Shown here: positions 50,554-60,276 of the stretch, one piece after another
Layout: every line of letters begins with the position of its first letter
How positions within the stretch are numbered: the first letter of the stretch is position 1
NCBI GenBank assembly: GCA_046483495.1
Contig: JAWODC010000021.1
Span: 1 to 62,952 of the forward strand
DNA: 62,952 bases
Source: Desulfobacterales bacterium
GTDB lineage: Bacteria > Desulfobacterota > Desulfobacteria > Desulfobacterales > UBA5616
Reading direction: 5' to 3'
Made by a program: the position numbers and the translations under genes
The notes under the pieces: generated by a model
What the model was told of the DNA's origin: nothing
What the model saw: the letters and a program-made list of their open reading frames with translations, nothing else
Database searches by the model: none

Positions 50554-51287
50554 TCACGAGACCCCAGTGAAAGCCGCGTGAGAAAAAGGAAATACAGCGC
50601 CCCCAGCAGGAAAAAGACGATGTCTTTTGTGTTGATCACCCCTTTAAAAAAATCGAAAACCCGGTCGAAAAGCGATATTCGTTTCAAAAAAGCGATGAGC
50701 TCTTCGCTGCCGACCATTTCATTCCATGTGATAAACCACAAAAATATAAACACGCCCATGGTTCCCATGGCGGAAACCACCTGGTTTTCCGTCAACGAGG
50801 ATATGAACAGTCCGCAGGCAATCAGTGAAGAACCCAATAAGAACACGCCGAAATATCCGCTCAGGACCGGTGCGATCTCCGCAAAACCCCAAAAAATTCC
50901 CAGCATGATCGGGTATACCAGCGTGCAGGAAAGCAATACTGTAAAAACGGCAACACATGCCGCGTACTTTCCGAGAACAATACCGACATCCTTGATCGGG
51001 TAGGTCGTCATGAGTTCAATGGTCCCGAGCTTCTTTTCCTCCGAAAGAAGCCTCATGGTCAAGAGGGGCAATATCAGGGTGAGCAGCAGCCTGACATCGT
51101 TGAAGTAATACTGCCACATTCCCGTAACCAGGCTGGCGGTCCCTCGTATGTTGAACCAGTTGAACTGAATCAGGTTGGTGTAAAAAAAATACCCCGACAG
51201 CAGCAGGAAAACAAAGAAGACCACATACGTCGAAGGCAACAAGAAATATATCTTCAGCTCTCTCTTGAACACGGGCACAAAACCCAT
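50535..51287 (-). CDS. GldF-like ABC-2 permease
   Basis: PLLTMRLLSEEKKLGTIEL, SSLTENQ. Confidence 0.88.
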   Translation of the reverse strand: MGFVPVFKRELKIYFLLPSTYVVFFVFLLLSGYFFYTNLIQFNWFNIRGTASLVTGMWQYYFNDVRLLLTLILPLLTMRLLSEEKKLGTIELMTTYPIKDVGIVLGKYAACVAVFTVLLSCTLVYPIMLGIFWGFAEIAPVLSGYFGVFLLGSSLIACGLFISSLTENQVVSAMGTMGVFIFLWFITWNEMVGSEELIAFLKRISLFDRVFDFFKGVINTKDIVFFLLGALYFLFLTRLSLGSREWKGVK

Positions 51288-51298
51288 TCAAAACCTCC

Positions 51299-52255
51299 TT
51301 ATTGCGGCCTGGTCCGTTTGTTATGCAAGATAGTAAAGAAGATCTCCTCCAAGGTCATGCTCACGGGCACCATCTCCCGCAAAACCCAGTTGTTTTGGCA
51401 TGCAAGGCCGTTTAAGGCCGGTAATATATCCCGTTCGGCTTCGGACTCGAGCCGAAATGCACACAGATGCTGTGCGCCGGTATCGGTTTCCAGCTGTTGA
51501 ACCCGGCGCACACCGTCTATTTTTTCCAAACCCTCCGCCACCCGATGGGCCGGCCCTTCGATCCGGACGTCGACAATCTGCCCCTCCTGGAGCAAAAGTC
51601 CCAGGTTTTTCGGCGTGTCGACAGCGACGATCCGGCCGTTGTCCATAATCATCACTTTACCGCATATCATGCTGACTTCCGATAGAACATGACTGCTCAG
51701 GATGATCGTTCGCTCTCCGGCGAACGATTTGATCAGCTGCCGTATTTCAGAAATATTTTCGGGATCCAGTCCCGCAGTCGGCTCGTCCAGGATCAATACA
51801 TCCGGGTGATGGATCAGCGCCTGGGCCAACGTCAAGCGCTGCTGGTAGCCCCTGGACAGGTTCTTGATTATCCGTCGCTCCATGAATTCAAGGCCGCACC
51901 GGTTGACGACTTCCGATACCGCCTTTTTCAATTCCGGTCCGCTGAGTCCTTTGACTTCACCCACAAAGCGCAGAAACGGCAGCACCCTCATGTCCGGATA
52001 AAGAGCCGCTTTTTCCAGGGAATAGCCGATCAACTGCCTGACCTGCAGAGAATGCCGGGTCACGTCAAGGCCGTTTATTTTGACCGAGCCGCTGGTCGGG
52101 GGGAAGAAACAGGCGAGTATCCGCATCGTGGTCGTTTTACCGGCGCCGTTGGGCCCCAAAAAGCCCACGACCTCCCCTTTATCGATCGTGAATGAAACGT
52201 CCTTGACGGCTTCAATCACACCAAAGCGCTTACTGATATGGTTCGCTTCTATCAT
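51299..52255 (-). CDS. GldA-like ABC ATP-binding protein
   Basis: GPNGAGKTT, LSRGYQQR, LDEPT, SSHVLSEV. Confidence 0.92.
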   Translation of the reverse strand: MIEANHISKRFGVIEAVKDVSFTIDKGEVVGFLGPNGAGKTTTMRILACFFPPTSGSVKINGLDVTRHSLQVRQLIGYSLEKAALYPDMRVLPFLRFVGEVKGLSGPELKKAVSEVVNRCGLEFMERRIIKNLSRGYQQRLTLAQALIHHPDVLILDEPTAGLDPENISEIRQLIKSFAGERTIILSSHVLSEVSMICGKVMIMDNGRIVAVDTPKNLGLLLQEGQIVDVRIEGPAHRVAEGLEKIDGVRRVQQLETDTGAQHLCAFRLESEAERDILPALNGLACQNNWVLREMVPVSMTLEEIFFTILHNKRTRPQ

Positions 52256-52405
52256 GGTCTTTTTTTCTGATGATCCGGTCTGAATATCGCTGAATATCGA
52301 TCGCCTTCTTTCGTGCAAAGGGTACTTCGAAATTTCTCAATGTCAAGGATTATATCCGCTGTTGCTTTTTTCTCCATCGGGAAATGAAAAGCGATATTTA
52401 TTGAT

Positions 52406-53101
52406 TCAGGAAAATTCCGCTATGAGATCATCCAGTATTCCTATAAGCGCCTCATGCGTTTCCCATTTCATGTCCCGAATGACACTGCGATCCTTGTTCA
52501 GCGATTTGGCATAATTCATCGTCTCTTTCATGAGCTGATCGATATGGCAGGCCTTTCGAATAATGCGGTGCTCTTCGCATTCCCGGGCGGTAAGCCGCCT
52601 GCCGGTAAACTGCATATCCTCGAACAGATACATCGGCAGCACGCGCCTGGATATGGCGATCAGGCCCTTTCCCAACCGCATTCCCAGATCCACTTCGGGC
52701 AGGCACAGCCATCCCCTGTCTGAGCGCATAAACCTGAAATCATGGACGAAAGACAGGAAGGCCCCTCCGGCAAAGGCATGACCGGTGATCGCGGCAATGG
52801 TGATCATGGGAAACGTCAACACCCGCTTTAAAAATGCATACATCTCTTTGTAAAACCCGGCAGCCAGGGACTCGCCGCCTTCCTCGACGGCCGACCGAAG
52901 CCAGTCAAGATCGATGCCGTTCGACCAGATCTTTTCATGGGAAGACCTGACCACCAAAACCCCGGCCTCGGAATTTTGTTCTATCGCATCGAGCACTTGG
53001 TGGTAAGCATTGAAAAAAGCAAAATTAAACCGGTTCTCACCGTTGTTCATCGTAAGCACCGCCACATGCTCATCCATCGTGTAGTGTATCGGATCCATCA
53101 T
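52406..53101 (-). CDS. Enoyl-CoA hydratase/isomerase (crotonase) family
   Basis: WSNGIDL, AAITGHAFAGG, CLPEVDLG. Confidence 0.9.
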   Translation of the reverse strand: MMDPIHYTMDEHVAVLTMNNGENRFNFAFFNAYHQVLDAIEQNSEAGVLVVRSSHEKIWSNGIDLDWLRSAVEEGGESLAAGFYKEMYAFLKRVLTFPMITIAAITGHAFAGGAFLSFVHDFRFMRSDRGWLCLPEVDLGMRLGKGLIAISRRVLPMYLFEDMQFTGRRLTARECEEHRIIRKACHIDQLMKETMNYAKSLNKDRSVIRDMKWETHEALIGILDDLIAEFS

Positions 53102-53154
53102 TATCCTTGCTGACGTGTCATCGAAAATGCCGGGCCGAAACGTTTGCGGTCCGG

Positions 53155-53856
53155 TCAAGCTGCGAGAGCTTCTTTTATAATCGCGTCGTAGTGTGATTTT
53201 TCATAACGATTTAAAAACGACTTTACTTCATCATGATTCAAGGGGATTTGTTTTTGCGCCATTGTTTTCACCACTTTGACGATATCGAGCCGGTCTGAAA
53301 TCCCCTTTTCGGTATTCGGGTTTTTAAGGTATCGGTTGACCTTCATCGCCAGCAGCAGTTCCGGTTTGAGAATATCGATCGTGTGGTCGTCCCCGAAAAG
53401 CACATGGGTGGCATCACCCCGGTGATCGAGTATGAAACGGGATATTTTTTTTCGAATGGGCTTGCTCTCGGTGGACAAAAGGTCGACATAAATGCCGGTT
53501 TCTTTATGTTTCAAGCTGTGGTTGATGGAATCGGACGTTTCGAAATACGCCTCGAGCCGTTTGGATGTATCATCGGGTATTTCATCGACTAAAAATTCAG
53601 CAAAGTCTTTTTCATCCAGCAGGATGTCGACGTCCTGGGTTTCCCTGGGCGTATTCGGATTCCGGACGTATTTGGCAGCCGCAACCGCCCCCACCAATAC
53701 GGCCTTCGGGTAAACTTTGGCAATATCAGCCAGCACTTTGTTGAACTTGGCGCTGACGGAAGGCGCCGATTCCTGTGGTATAAAATCTTCGGCAAGCAGC
53801 ACACACCGGTTATCGTTGCAAATTAGAAAATCCTGGTCGATATCGTACTGTGCCAT
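53155..53856 (-). CDS. Pol-beta-superfamily nucleotidyltransferase (AbiEii/MenT-like), paralog B
   Basis: LVGAVAA...RETQDVDILL, YVDLL, AMK..R...K...D..D. Confidence 0.72.
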   Translation of the reverse strand: MAQYDIDQDFLICNDNRCVLLAEDFIPQESAPSVSAKFNKVLADIAKVYPKAVLVGAVAAAKYVRNPNTPRETQDVDILLDEKDFAEFLVDEIPDDTSKRLEAYFETSDSINHSLKHKETGIYVDLLSTESKPIRKKISRFILDHRGDATHVLFGDDHTIDILKPELLLAMKVNRYLKNPNTEKGISDRLDIVKVVKTMAQKQIPLNHDEVKSFLNRYEKSHYDAIIKEALAA

Positions 53857-53888
53857 GGGAAATGACCTCGATTCGGGGTCCGATGCCC

Positions 53889-54581
53889 TCATGTGCGAAA
53901 ATCGGACTTCGCATCCTTTATTATAGCCGCGTAACAGCGGGCTTCATTTTGATTGCAAAAAACGCGAATGGTGTCATGATCCATATCCACGCCGTCGGCC
54001 CATAGCGCTTTCAGCACCTTCATGATGTCCACCCTGTCGCATAACCCCCGTTCGGACCTTGGCTTCTTCGAATAACGATTCAACTTCATCGCAACCAAAA
54101 ACTCGGGCTTCAAGATGTCGATGGTCTGTCCGCCCACCTGAAATGCATTGGTGGTTTTCTCACGATGCGCCAGTATGTACCGGACGATCTTTTTCCGGAT
54201 CGGTTTGCTCTCCAGTGACAGCAGATCCACATAGATACCCGTTTCTTTGTGCATTAAGCTGTGATTGGCGGAATCGGGATCCTGGAAATGCGTTTCCAGC
54301 TTCGAGAGTGTGGGTTCCGGAATTTCATCGGCCAAAAACTCGGAAAATTCTTTTTCTTCCAAAAGGATATCCACATCATAGGTGATACGAGGTTCATTTT
54401 CACGGGAGATATACTGGGCGGCCGCAACCGCTCCGACCAGAATCGCGGTGGGATACACTTTCGCAATATCCGCCACCACCCGATTGAAACGGCCGGGAAC
54501 GGCTTCCGACAGTGCGTCCTCGAGCGCCTCTTCGGCCATCAGGACACATCGATTGTCGACCTCGATCCGGCGTTGCGGCAC
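53889..54581 (-). CDS. Pol-beta-superfamily nucleotidyltransferase (AbiEii/MenT-like), paralog A
   Basis: LVGAVAA...RITYDVDILL, YVDLL, AMK..R...R...D..D; GTG start with GGAG RBS. Confidence 0.72.
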   Translation of the reverse strand: MPQRRIEVDNRCVLMAEEALEDALSEAVPGRFNRVVADIAKVYPTAILVGAVAAAQYISRENEPRITYDVDILLEEKEFSEFLADEIPEPTLSKLETHFQDPDSANHSLMHKETGIYVDLLSLESKPIRKKIVRYILAHREKTTNAFQVGGQTIDILKPEFLVAMKLNRYSKKPRSERGLCDRVDIMKVLKALWADGVDMDHDTIRVFCNQNEARCYAAIIKDAKSDFRT

Positions 54582-54602
54582 TTGTAACTCCTTCCAGGCA
54601 TC

Positions 54603-54640
54603 CTGGTGCCCATCCGGAAATGGCTGATTCGCTCCATTTC
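54603..54640. repeat. Terminal fragment of the MITE-like element
   Basis: ctggtgcccatccggaaatggctgattcgctccatttc is nearly the reverse complement of 43253-43289. Confidence 0.75.
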
Positions 54641-54720
54641 GCTTTTTCAGCGAAATAGCTCACATAATTGCACATTTATGTCAATACAAAAAACCGGCCA
54701 GGTATGGAAGTAGCGGTGGT

Positions 54721-55728
54721 CTAACCCGTGACCATTTCGGAGGTGACCGCATTTTCAGATGTGTGGTGGTGTTCGAATTCCCGAATATTCTCGACCGTCG
54801 TTTCCGCGATATTCCGCAGCGCTTCTTCCGTAAAAAAACCTTGATGGGCTGTAATGACCACGTTTGGGAACGTAAGCAGGCGCGCAAACACATCATCCCG
54901 AATCACCTTGTTCGAAAGGTCCTCGAAAAAGAGGTCCGCCTCTTCTTCATAGACATCCAGTGCCAGGTTACCGATTTTTTCCGATTTCAGACCGGCGATC
55001 ACCGCCCGGGTGTCGATAATCGATCCTCTACTGGTGTTGATCAATATAATCCCTTTTTTCATGCGATCGAGGGCCTTTTGGTCGATCAGGTGGTGCGTGT
55101 CCGGTGTAAGCGGACAGTGCAAGGTGATAATGTCGGAGGCATCAAAAAGATGTTCCAGAGAGGTGTATTGCACACCGATTTTTTCGCAGACGGAATTCGG
55201 ATGGATATCGTGAGCGAACAACCGGCACCCGAACCCGTTCAATAATTGGGCGACGATGGTGCCGATTTTTCCGGTACCGATGATTCCGACGGTTTTGCCG
55301 TGCAAATCGAACCCCAGCAGCCCTTCCAAAGAGAAATTTCCCTCTCTCACCCGGCTGTAGGCACGATGTATTTTTCGATTGGCGGACAAGAGCAGCGCAA
55401 CCGTGTGTTCGGCAACGGCATGGGGGGAATACGCGGGTACGCGCACCACCTGTATTCCGTTATTTTCCGCTGCCGAAATGTCTACGTTGTTGAAGCCGGC
55501 GCACCGAAGGGCGATCAAGCGGGTCCCGGACTCGGAAAGCTGCTTGATGGTTTCTGAATCGAGTCGGTCATTGACAAAGATGCATACAGCGGGAAAGCCG
55601 CCGGCCACGGAAACGGTTTCCCGATTCAGCCGGGATTCGAAAAAAACAAATTCATGATCCTGCCGCTCGTTCGCCTCCAGCAGGAACCGTTTGTCGTATG
55701 ATTTCGTACTGAAAACAGCTACTTTCAT
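54721..55728 (-). CDS. ldhA: NAD-dependent D-lactate (D-2-hydroxyacid) dehydrogenase
   Basis: ALRCAGFNNVD, PAYSPHAVAEH, GTGKIG, LDVYEEE, TAHQGFFT. Confidence 0.93.
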   Translation of the reverse strand: MKVAVFSTKSYDKRFLLEANERQDHEFVFFESRLNRETVSVAGGFPAVCIFVNDRLDSETIKQLSESGTRLIALRCAGFNNVDISAAENNGIQVVRVPAYSPHAVAEHTVALLLSANRKIHRAYSRVREGNFSLEGLLGFDLHGKTVGIIGTGKIGTIVAQLLNGFGCRLFAHDIHPNSVCEKIGVQYTSLEHLFDASDIITLHCPLTPDTHHLIDQKALDRMKKGIILINTSRGSIIDTRAVIAGLKSEKIGNLALDVYEEEADLFFEDLSNKVIRDDVFARLLTFPNVVITAHQGFFTEEALRNIAETTVENIREFEHHHTSENAVTSEMVTG

Positions 55729-55858
55729 GCGTTTTCCTTTTCGCTGAGGTAATCTGTAAAAAGAGCGGGGCTTTTTTATATATATTTTTTAACCTTATCA
55801 TGCGGTCTGCGTATTGAAATAGAGTCGATCATGTATTTGGTGGGGGTGCTTCTTCGTT

Positions 55859-56530
55859 TTTGACGGGTTGTGCTGCGCTCCACCCGTTCCACGTTTCTTC
55901 CCATCGAAATCGGTATCGGTATCGGGATCGTTTTTTCTTTTTTTAAATTTCGATACCGATACCGATAGCGAATCCTTTTCTTAAATTAGAACCGATCCGA
56001 TGCATCTTTATCCCCCCCCATCCCGGCCTTCCCCCTCCAGGGGTGAAGGGGACATGCTGCGCCGCGAGTCCATTGATCGTAATGCCTTAACTTTCAACAA
56101 GTAAATAAAAGTGCCGCTCGCTTTGCTCACGGTCGGGTTTATGAGGCAATAGGTGTGGCGAGGAAAGCGGCGCGAAGCAGCCGCTCCAAAATATGATCTA
56201 AAAATCGGGAAGTGGAATAATTGACAACTTGCGCTGCATCTCCCCTTCACCCCTGGAGGGGGAAGGCCGGGATGGGGGGGGAATTAAGACCGATCCTCTT
56301 TAAATTGGAGCTTCGAGTCTTCAGCTTAAAGCTAAAGGCCATGACCCAAACGCCCGCATTCACTCATGCTTTGACGAGTTCCGCTGCGCGCCACCTATCG
56401 CATCTTCCTTCCCATCGAAATCGGGATCGAAATCGGGATCGGGATCGTTCTTTCTTTTTTTAATTTCGATCCCGATACCGATACCGATACCGATACCGAA
56501 TCCTTCTCTTAAATTAGAACCGATCCGATG
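55859..56530. repeat. Nested repeat: two direct copies of about 145-160 bp flanking an element with about 58-bp inverted repeats
   Basis: Direct copies 55859-56002 and 56370-56530 carrying (atcggt/atcggg)n...(cgatac)n hexamers; inverted arms 56005-56062 and 56231-56289. Confidence 0.8.
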
Positions 56531-56635
56531 TAAATGTTTTTAAATGTCTAAAGAAAATGAACAGTAAATCCGATGGAAGGTTAATACTCGGTTAAACGAC
56601 TCCGCGAAAACCTGGAAAGCGGTTGCCGGGGCAGG

Positions 56636-57331
56636 TTAATGATCGATCGGTCTGAAAACGACCGTTAAGACAATGTTTCGAACACCGAATCGAGACAGCG
56701 GCACCCTGACGGTGTGATCGCTTGAAAGGCCCGGGGGAAAACCGATAATGACGGGCACTTCGCCCGTGGAAATACCCGATCCGGCGCACAGCGAACATTC
56801 AAACAACCCGATTTCGCCATACCCGCCGCACATGCGGCATGCCGTTTCGACAGGCACGGCAATTCGGGCGCTGCCGCCGACGGCCGCCTGTTCGGAAGAC
56901 AACGGCACCTCGATGGTCAGGTTTTGAATCCTTTCGGATGCAAAGCGATTCCGCCGGTTGAGGTCAAAAATGGAATCAAAAAAGAACGCGAATGTCTCGA
57001 AGAACCCTGCCGGAGAAATCGCTTCGACGCTCTCCGGGGCGCTCTCCGGTATCAAAGGCTCCGGCTCCGGCCTGGAAAAGCCCCGCGGCCGGCATCTTTG
57101 CCGCACGTTTATTCGCCGGCTGTTCATAACACGGTTGTCGTAGTCCCGGCGCCGATGCATATCCGCTAAAACCGAGTAAGCCTCATGTATTTCATGAAAG
57201 TTTTCGCTTCCCTCCGAACAGTAGTCCGGATGAAACTTTTTTGCCAGGCGCCGGTAGGCCGATCTGATTTCATCGGTGGTCGCATCCGTTTTGACACCTA
57301 GAACGGCATAATAGCTTTTGCCCATGAGCAA
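56636..57331 (-). CDS. J-domain protein with partial Zn-finger C-terminus
   Basis: YYAVLGV..AYRRLAKKFHPD; CRMCGGYG and CSLCAGSG. Confidence 0.85.
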   Translation of the reverse strand: MLMGKSYYAVLGVKTDATTDEIRSAYRRLAKKFHPDYCSEGSENFHEIHEAYSVLADMHRRRDYDNRVMNSRRINVRQRCRPRGFSRPEPEPLIPESAPESVEAISPAGFFETFAFFFDSIFDLNRRNRFASERIQNLTIEVPLSSEQAAVGGSARIAVPVETACRMCGGYGEIGLFECSLCAGSGISTGEVPVIIGFPPGLSSDHTVRVPLSRFGVRNIVLTVVFRPIDH

Positions 57332-57523
57332 CCTCCGATTTTCCGTATGAATTGCGTGAATATTAGTATTGTCCGCTTTTGTGCGAAGGGACCATTTACT
57401 CCAATTAAAGCGGATTTTCTGATCAAAAATTTTATTTCCGAAATTCCTTCATGTCAAGTCGTCCCTCATCACCTGTTCGGCCTGTGCCCATCCATTAACG
57501 GCCGCAGCGGAATCCTTTCAGGT

Positions 57524-59032
57524 TCAGCCTTCGGGTATTTTTAAGGCGGTCCCGGGTTGTACCCAGGTTTCCAATGTCACCTGGTTCATTATGGCAAGTT
57601 CTTCCGCAGACATTCCCGGAGGCAGGGTTTCGGGAACAAATTCGCGAAAGGATGCCGGGCGGTCGACCTGAACGATGGCCAACCGGTGAGGTTCAACCGC
57701 AAGATAGCGTTGGTCTTCCAACGGGCGAAAAGAGGAGGCCGCCTCGAGAAAACGGGTTCGATAGCGCTCTGCACGACCGGACGGCGTTATCCCCATAATG
57801 CTGTAGATGTTTCGATCATACTCGATAAATGTATCGACCAGGTATACGGTTCCTTGCTGTGTTTGCGCCGTCGCTTCAAGGTGAAGGCCTTGAAGCCCGT
57901 TTATCAGGGTCCGGTCCCGGGACAGGACTTGTATCGCCCGGCCGTTTGCCAATTCCGCCGCAGCCGCCTCGATCGAGGACGCGGCGGCAATTTCGAGGAT
58001 AATGGCCGCCTGATTTTCCGGATCACCCATGAGGACGACGCGGGTTTCATTTTGAACCTTCCATCCGCCGGGGACATCCAATCGAAAGCGAAGATCAGGA
58101 TGATAAAAGATGCCGTTTTCGACAAAACCTTCCCGTGGATTGTCACCGACGACCATGCCGTCGATCCGGCTTAAAAATGCCTCCCGCCCTTTTATCGCCA
58201 TCGGGTATTCAGCGGCCAGCCGGCGCGAAAGCTCCAGGATGGTTTCTTCCCGCTCACCCGGTTCGGGATGCGTAGACTGCCAATTTGGAATTCGGCTGCC
58301 GGTTGCCGCAGCCATCCTGTCGAGGGTCCGAAAAAAGCCGGCGCCTTCCCGGGTGTCGTAACCCAATTCGGCCGTGTAGCGCAATCCCAGCCTGTCCGCC
58401 TCACGTTCGTCCTCCCGGCTGTACTTGTTCAGGAGTAGCTGAAGAACGGTCGAACCGACGCCTAAAAGATTCTGCCCGGCTTCCTCCCCCAGTGCGGCCT
58501 GGCCGAGAATGGTCGCGCCGATCAGTCCGAGTTGGCTCCAGGTGGCTTTAAGCGCCTGCTGGGCGGCATGACGGCCGGCGATATGCCCTATCTCATGCCC
58601 CAGAACCATGGCAAGCTGCGCCTCGTTTTCCGCATGCGCCAGCAGTCCCCGTGTAACATACACATAGCCCCCGGGGAGTGCAAAGGCGTTCACCGTAGAC
58701 GCATCGATGACCCGAAATGTGAAATCCACGCCGCGATAACGTTCCGGAACATCCGGCTTTCGGAAATCGCTCCCGCTGAGTACGCGTTCACCGACCGATT
58801 CGACATAGGCCTGAACCGCTTCATCTTCATACACCCCCAGCTGCTTTGATATTTCCATATCCGCCTCTTTGCCGAGCGCAAGCTCCTGCTCCCATGTGTA
58901 TCCATAGCGCTCTTTTTCCCCCGTCAAGGGGCTCGGTTCCGTGTAACACCCGCTTACCACCATCACCGCAATAAGCGGGAAAAAGACCGAAACAACCTTC
59001 CGGCGCTTCATCACATTCAGGAAAACAAACAT
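57524..59032 (-). CDS. M48-family Zn metalloprotease lipoprotein
   Basis: Lipobox VSGC, NAFALPGG, HEIGH, YSREDEREAD, STHP. Confidence 0.92.
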   Translation of the reverse strand: MFVFLNVMKRRKVVSVFFPLIAVMVVSGCYTEPSPLTGEKERYGYTWEQELALGKEADMEISKQLGVYEDEAVQAYVESVGERVLSGSDFRKPDVPERYRGVDFTFRVIDASTVNAFALPGGYVYVTRGLLAHAENEAQLAMVLGHEIGHIAGRHAAQQALKATWSQLGLIGATILGQAALGEEAGQNLLGVGSTVLQLLLNKYSREDEREADRLGLRYTAELGYDTREGAGFFRTLDRMAAATGSRIPNWQSTHPEPGEREETILELSRRLAAEYPMAIKGREAFLSRIDGMVVGDNPREGFVENGIFYHPDLRFRLDVPGGWKVQNETRVVLMGDPENQAAIILEIAAASSIEAAAAELANGRAIQVLSRDRTLINGLQGLHLEATAQTQQGTVYLVDTFIEYDRNIYSIMGITPSGRAERYRTRFLEAASSFRPLEDQRYLAVEPHRLAIVQVDRPASFREFVPETLPPGMSAEELAIMNQVTLETWVQPGTALKIPEG

Positions 59033-59358
59033 TTTAAGCCCCCTTTTCCGCTGACATATAAAAAAAAATTTATTCTACACTCCTTTTTTAGCCGGCACCA
59101 TCAGGAATACACCGATTTTGATTAGGAAATAAAGCAACTGCCGGCTTTAAGCGTTTAGAGGTTTGTGCCATTCCAGAGGCATAAGCCGTATCTTTGTTTT
59201 TTTATCCGCACTGCCGGGATCTGCTGCAATCCTTCCGATGAGGTTGCGCAAATGCCGGCCGGCGTGTAGAATAATTGGAAGTGGTTTCAAAACCCTCAAT
59301 CAGACCCAAGATCAAGGCGGGAGAAACCACTTTCTACAAAAGCATTTCCGGAACGTTT

Positions 59359-60111
59359 ATGGCCATACACATCGAACTGCGGTTCTATGAAGAATTAAAT
59401 GATTTTCTGCCTTCGAGGGAAAGCAAGAGAACCTTCTCGCGCAGAATTGACGAGCCGGCCGATGTTCGAAATATCCTCGATATGTTGGGCGTTCCCGTTT
59501 CTGCGGTCGACTTGGTCCTGGTAAACGGTCTTTCGGTGCCGTTTGCCCACACGCTTGAAAACGGCGACCGTGTTGCAGTTTATCCCCGGTTCGAATCGTT
59601 CGATATTTCAACCGTCACCCGGGTCAGGGATGCCCCCTTACGCCGACCACGATTCATTCTTGACGTGCATCTTGGAAAACTCGCGAAATATCTTCGGCTT
59701 CTGGGCTTCGATTCTCTATATCACAACAATCTTTCCGATGATCACATTATCCGGATAGCCGAAACCGGCGACCGGACGATACTGACCCGGGACAGGAACC
59801 TGGCAACATCGGCCAAGGTCTTCAGGGCATATCGGATGCAGACAACAAGCCCCCAAAAACAAGTCGTGGAAGTCATCGACCGGTTTCAGTTGTCATCCGC
59901 AGTGCGTCCGTTTTCCCGGTGCCTGTCTTGTAACGCAGCGGTTCAGAAAATCGGCATAAAACAGGTGCGTGATCGACTCGACCCGCGCATTGCATCCCGC
60001 TTTTCGGATTACACCATGTGCACCGGTTGTGGGAAAATTTATTGGAAAGGCACCCACTACGAATCCATGGTGCGGTTTGTCCAACAGGTAACGCAAGCGT
60101 CCTCAACATAG
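59359..60111 (+). CDS. Mut7-C PIN-type RNase with N-terminal ubiquitin-like domain
   Basis: LRFYEELNDFL, FILDVHLGKLAKYLRLLGFD, LTRD, RCLSCN, CTGCGKIYWKGTH. Confidence 0.92.
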   Translation: MAIHIELRFYEELNDFLPSRESKRTFSRRIDEPADVRNILDMLGVPVSAVDLVLVNGLSVPFAHTLENGDRVAVYPRFESFDISTVTRVRDAPLRRPRFILDVHLGKLAKYLRLLGFDSLYHNNLSDDHIIRIAETGDRTILTRDRNLATSAKVFRAYRMQTTSPQKQVVEVIDRFQLSSAVRPFSRCLSCNAAVQKIGIKQVRDRLDPRIASRFSDYTMCTGCGKIYWKGTHYESMVRFVQQVTQASST

Positions 60112-60276
60112 AAGGATACCCGCCGGGCACAGCAGTATCCGATTCTGAAAACCATGTCGGAGTCAAAGGATGCCGATCGAAACGCAATTGAATGATATTG
60201 ACAAACGATCGGCTTCTCATTAAGTTTATCCCTGTTACGCAAACCCGCCTCCATCCCTTCAACCAAACAGGAGCCG

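Noticed and set aside
48647..52255. Gliding motility system
   Set aside because: GldA/F/G-like ABC modules are widespread in non-gliding bacteria, and no other gliding genes are present.
55859..56530. CRISPR array
   Set aside because: No regularly spaced 25-40 bp repeats with unique spacers, and no cas genes.
59359..60111. Mut7-C ubiquitin-like domain as partner of the 9910 GG-protein
   Set aside because: This fusion is a known widespread architecture, lies about 49 kb away and has no free GG terminus.
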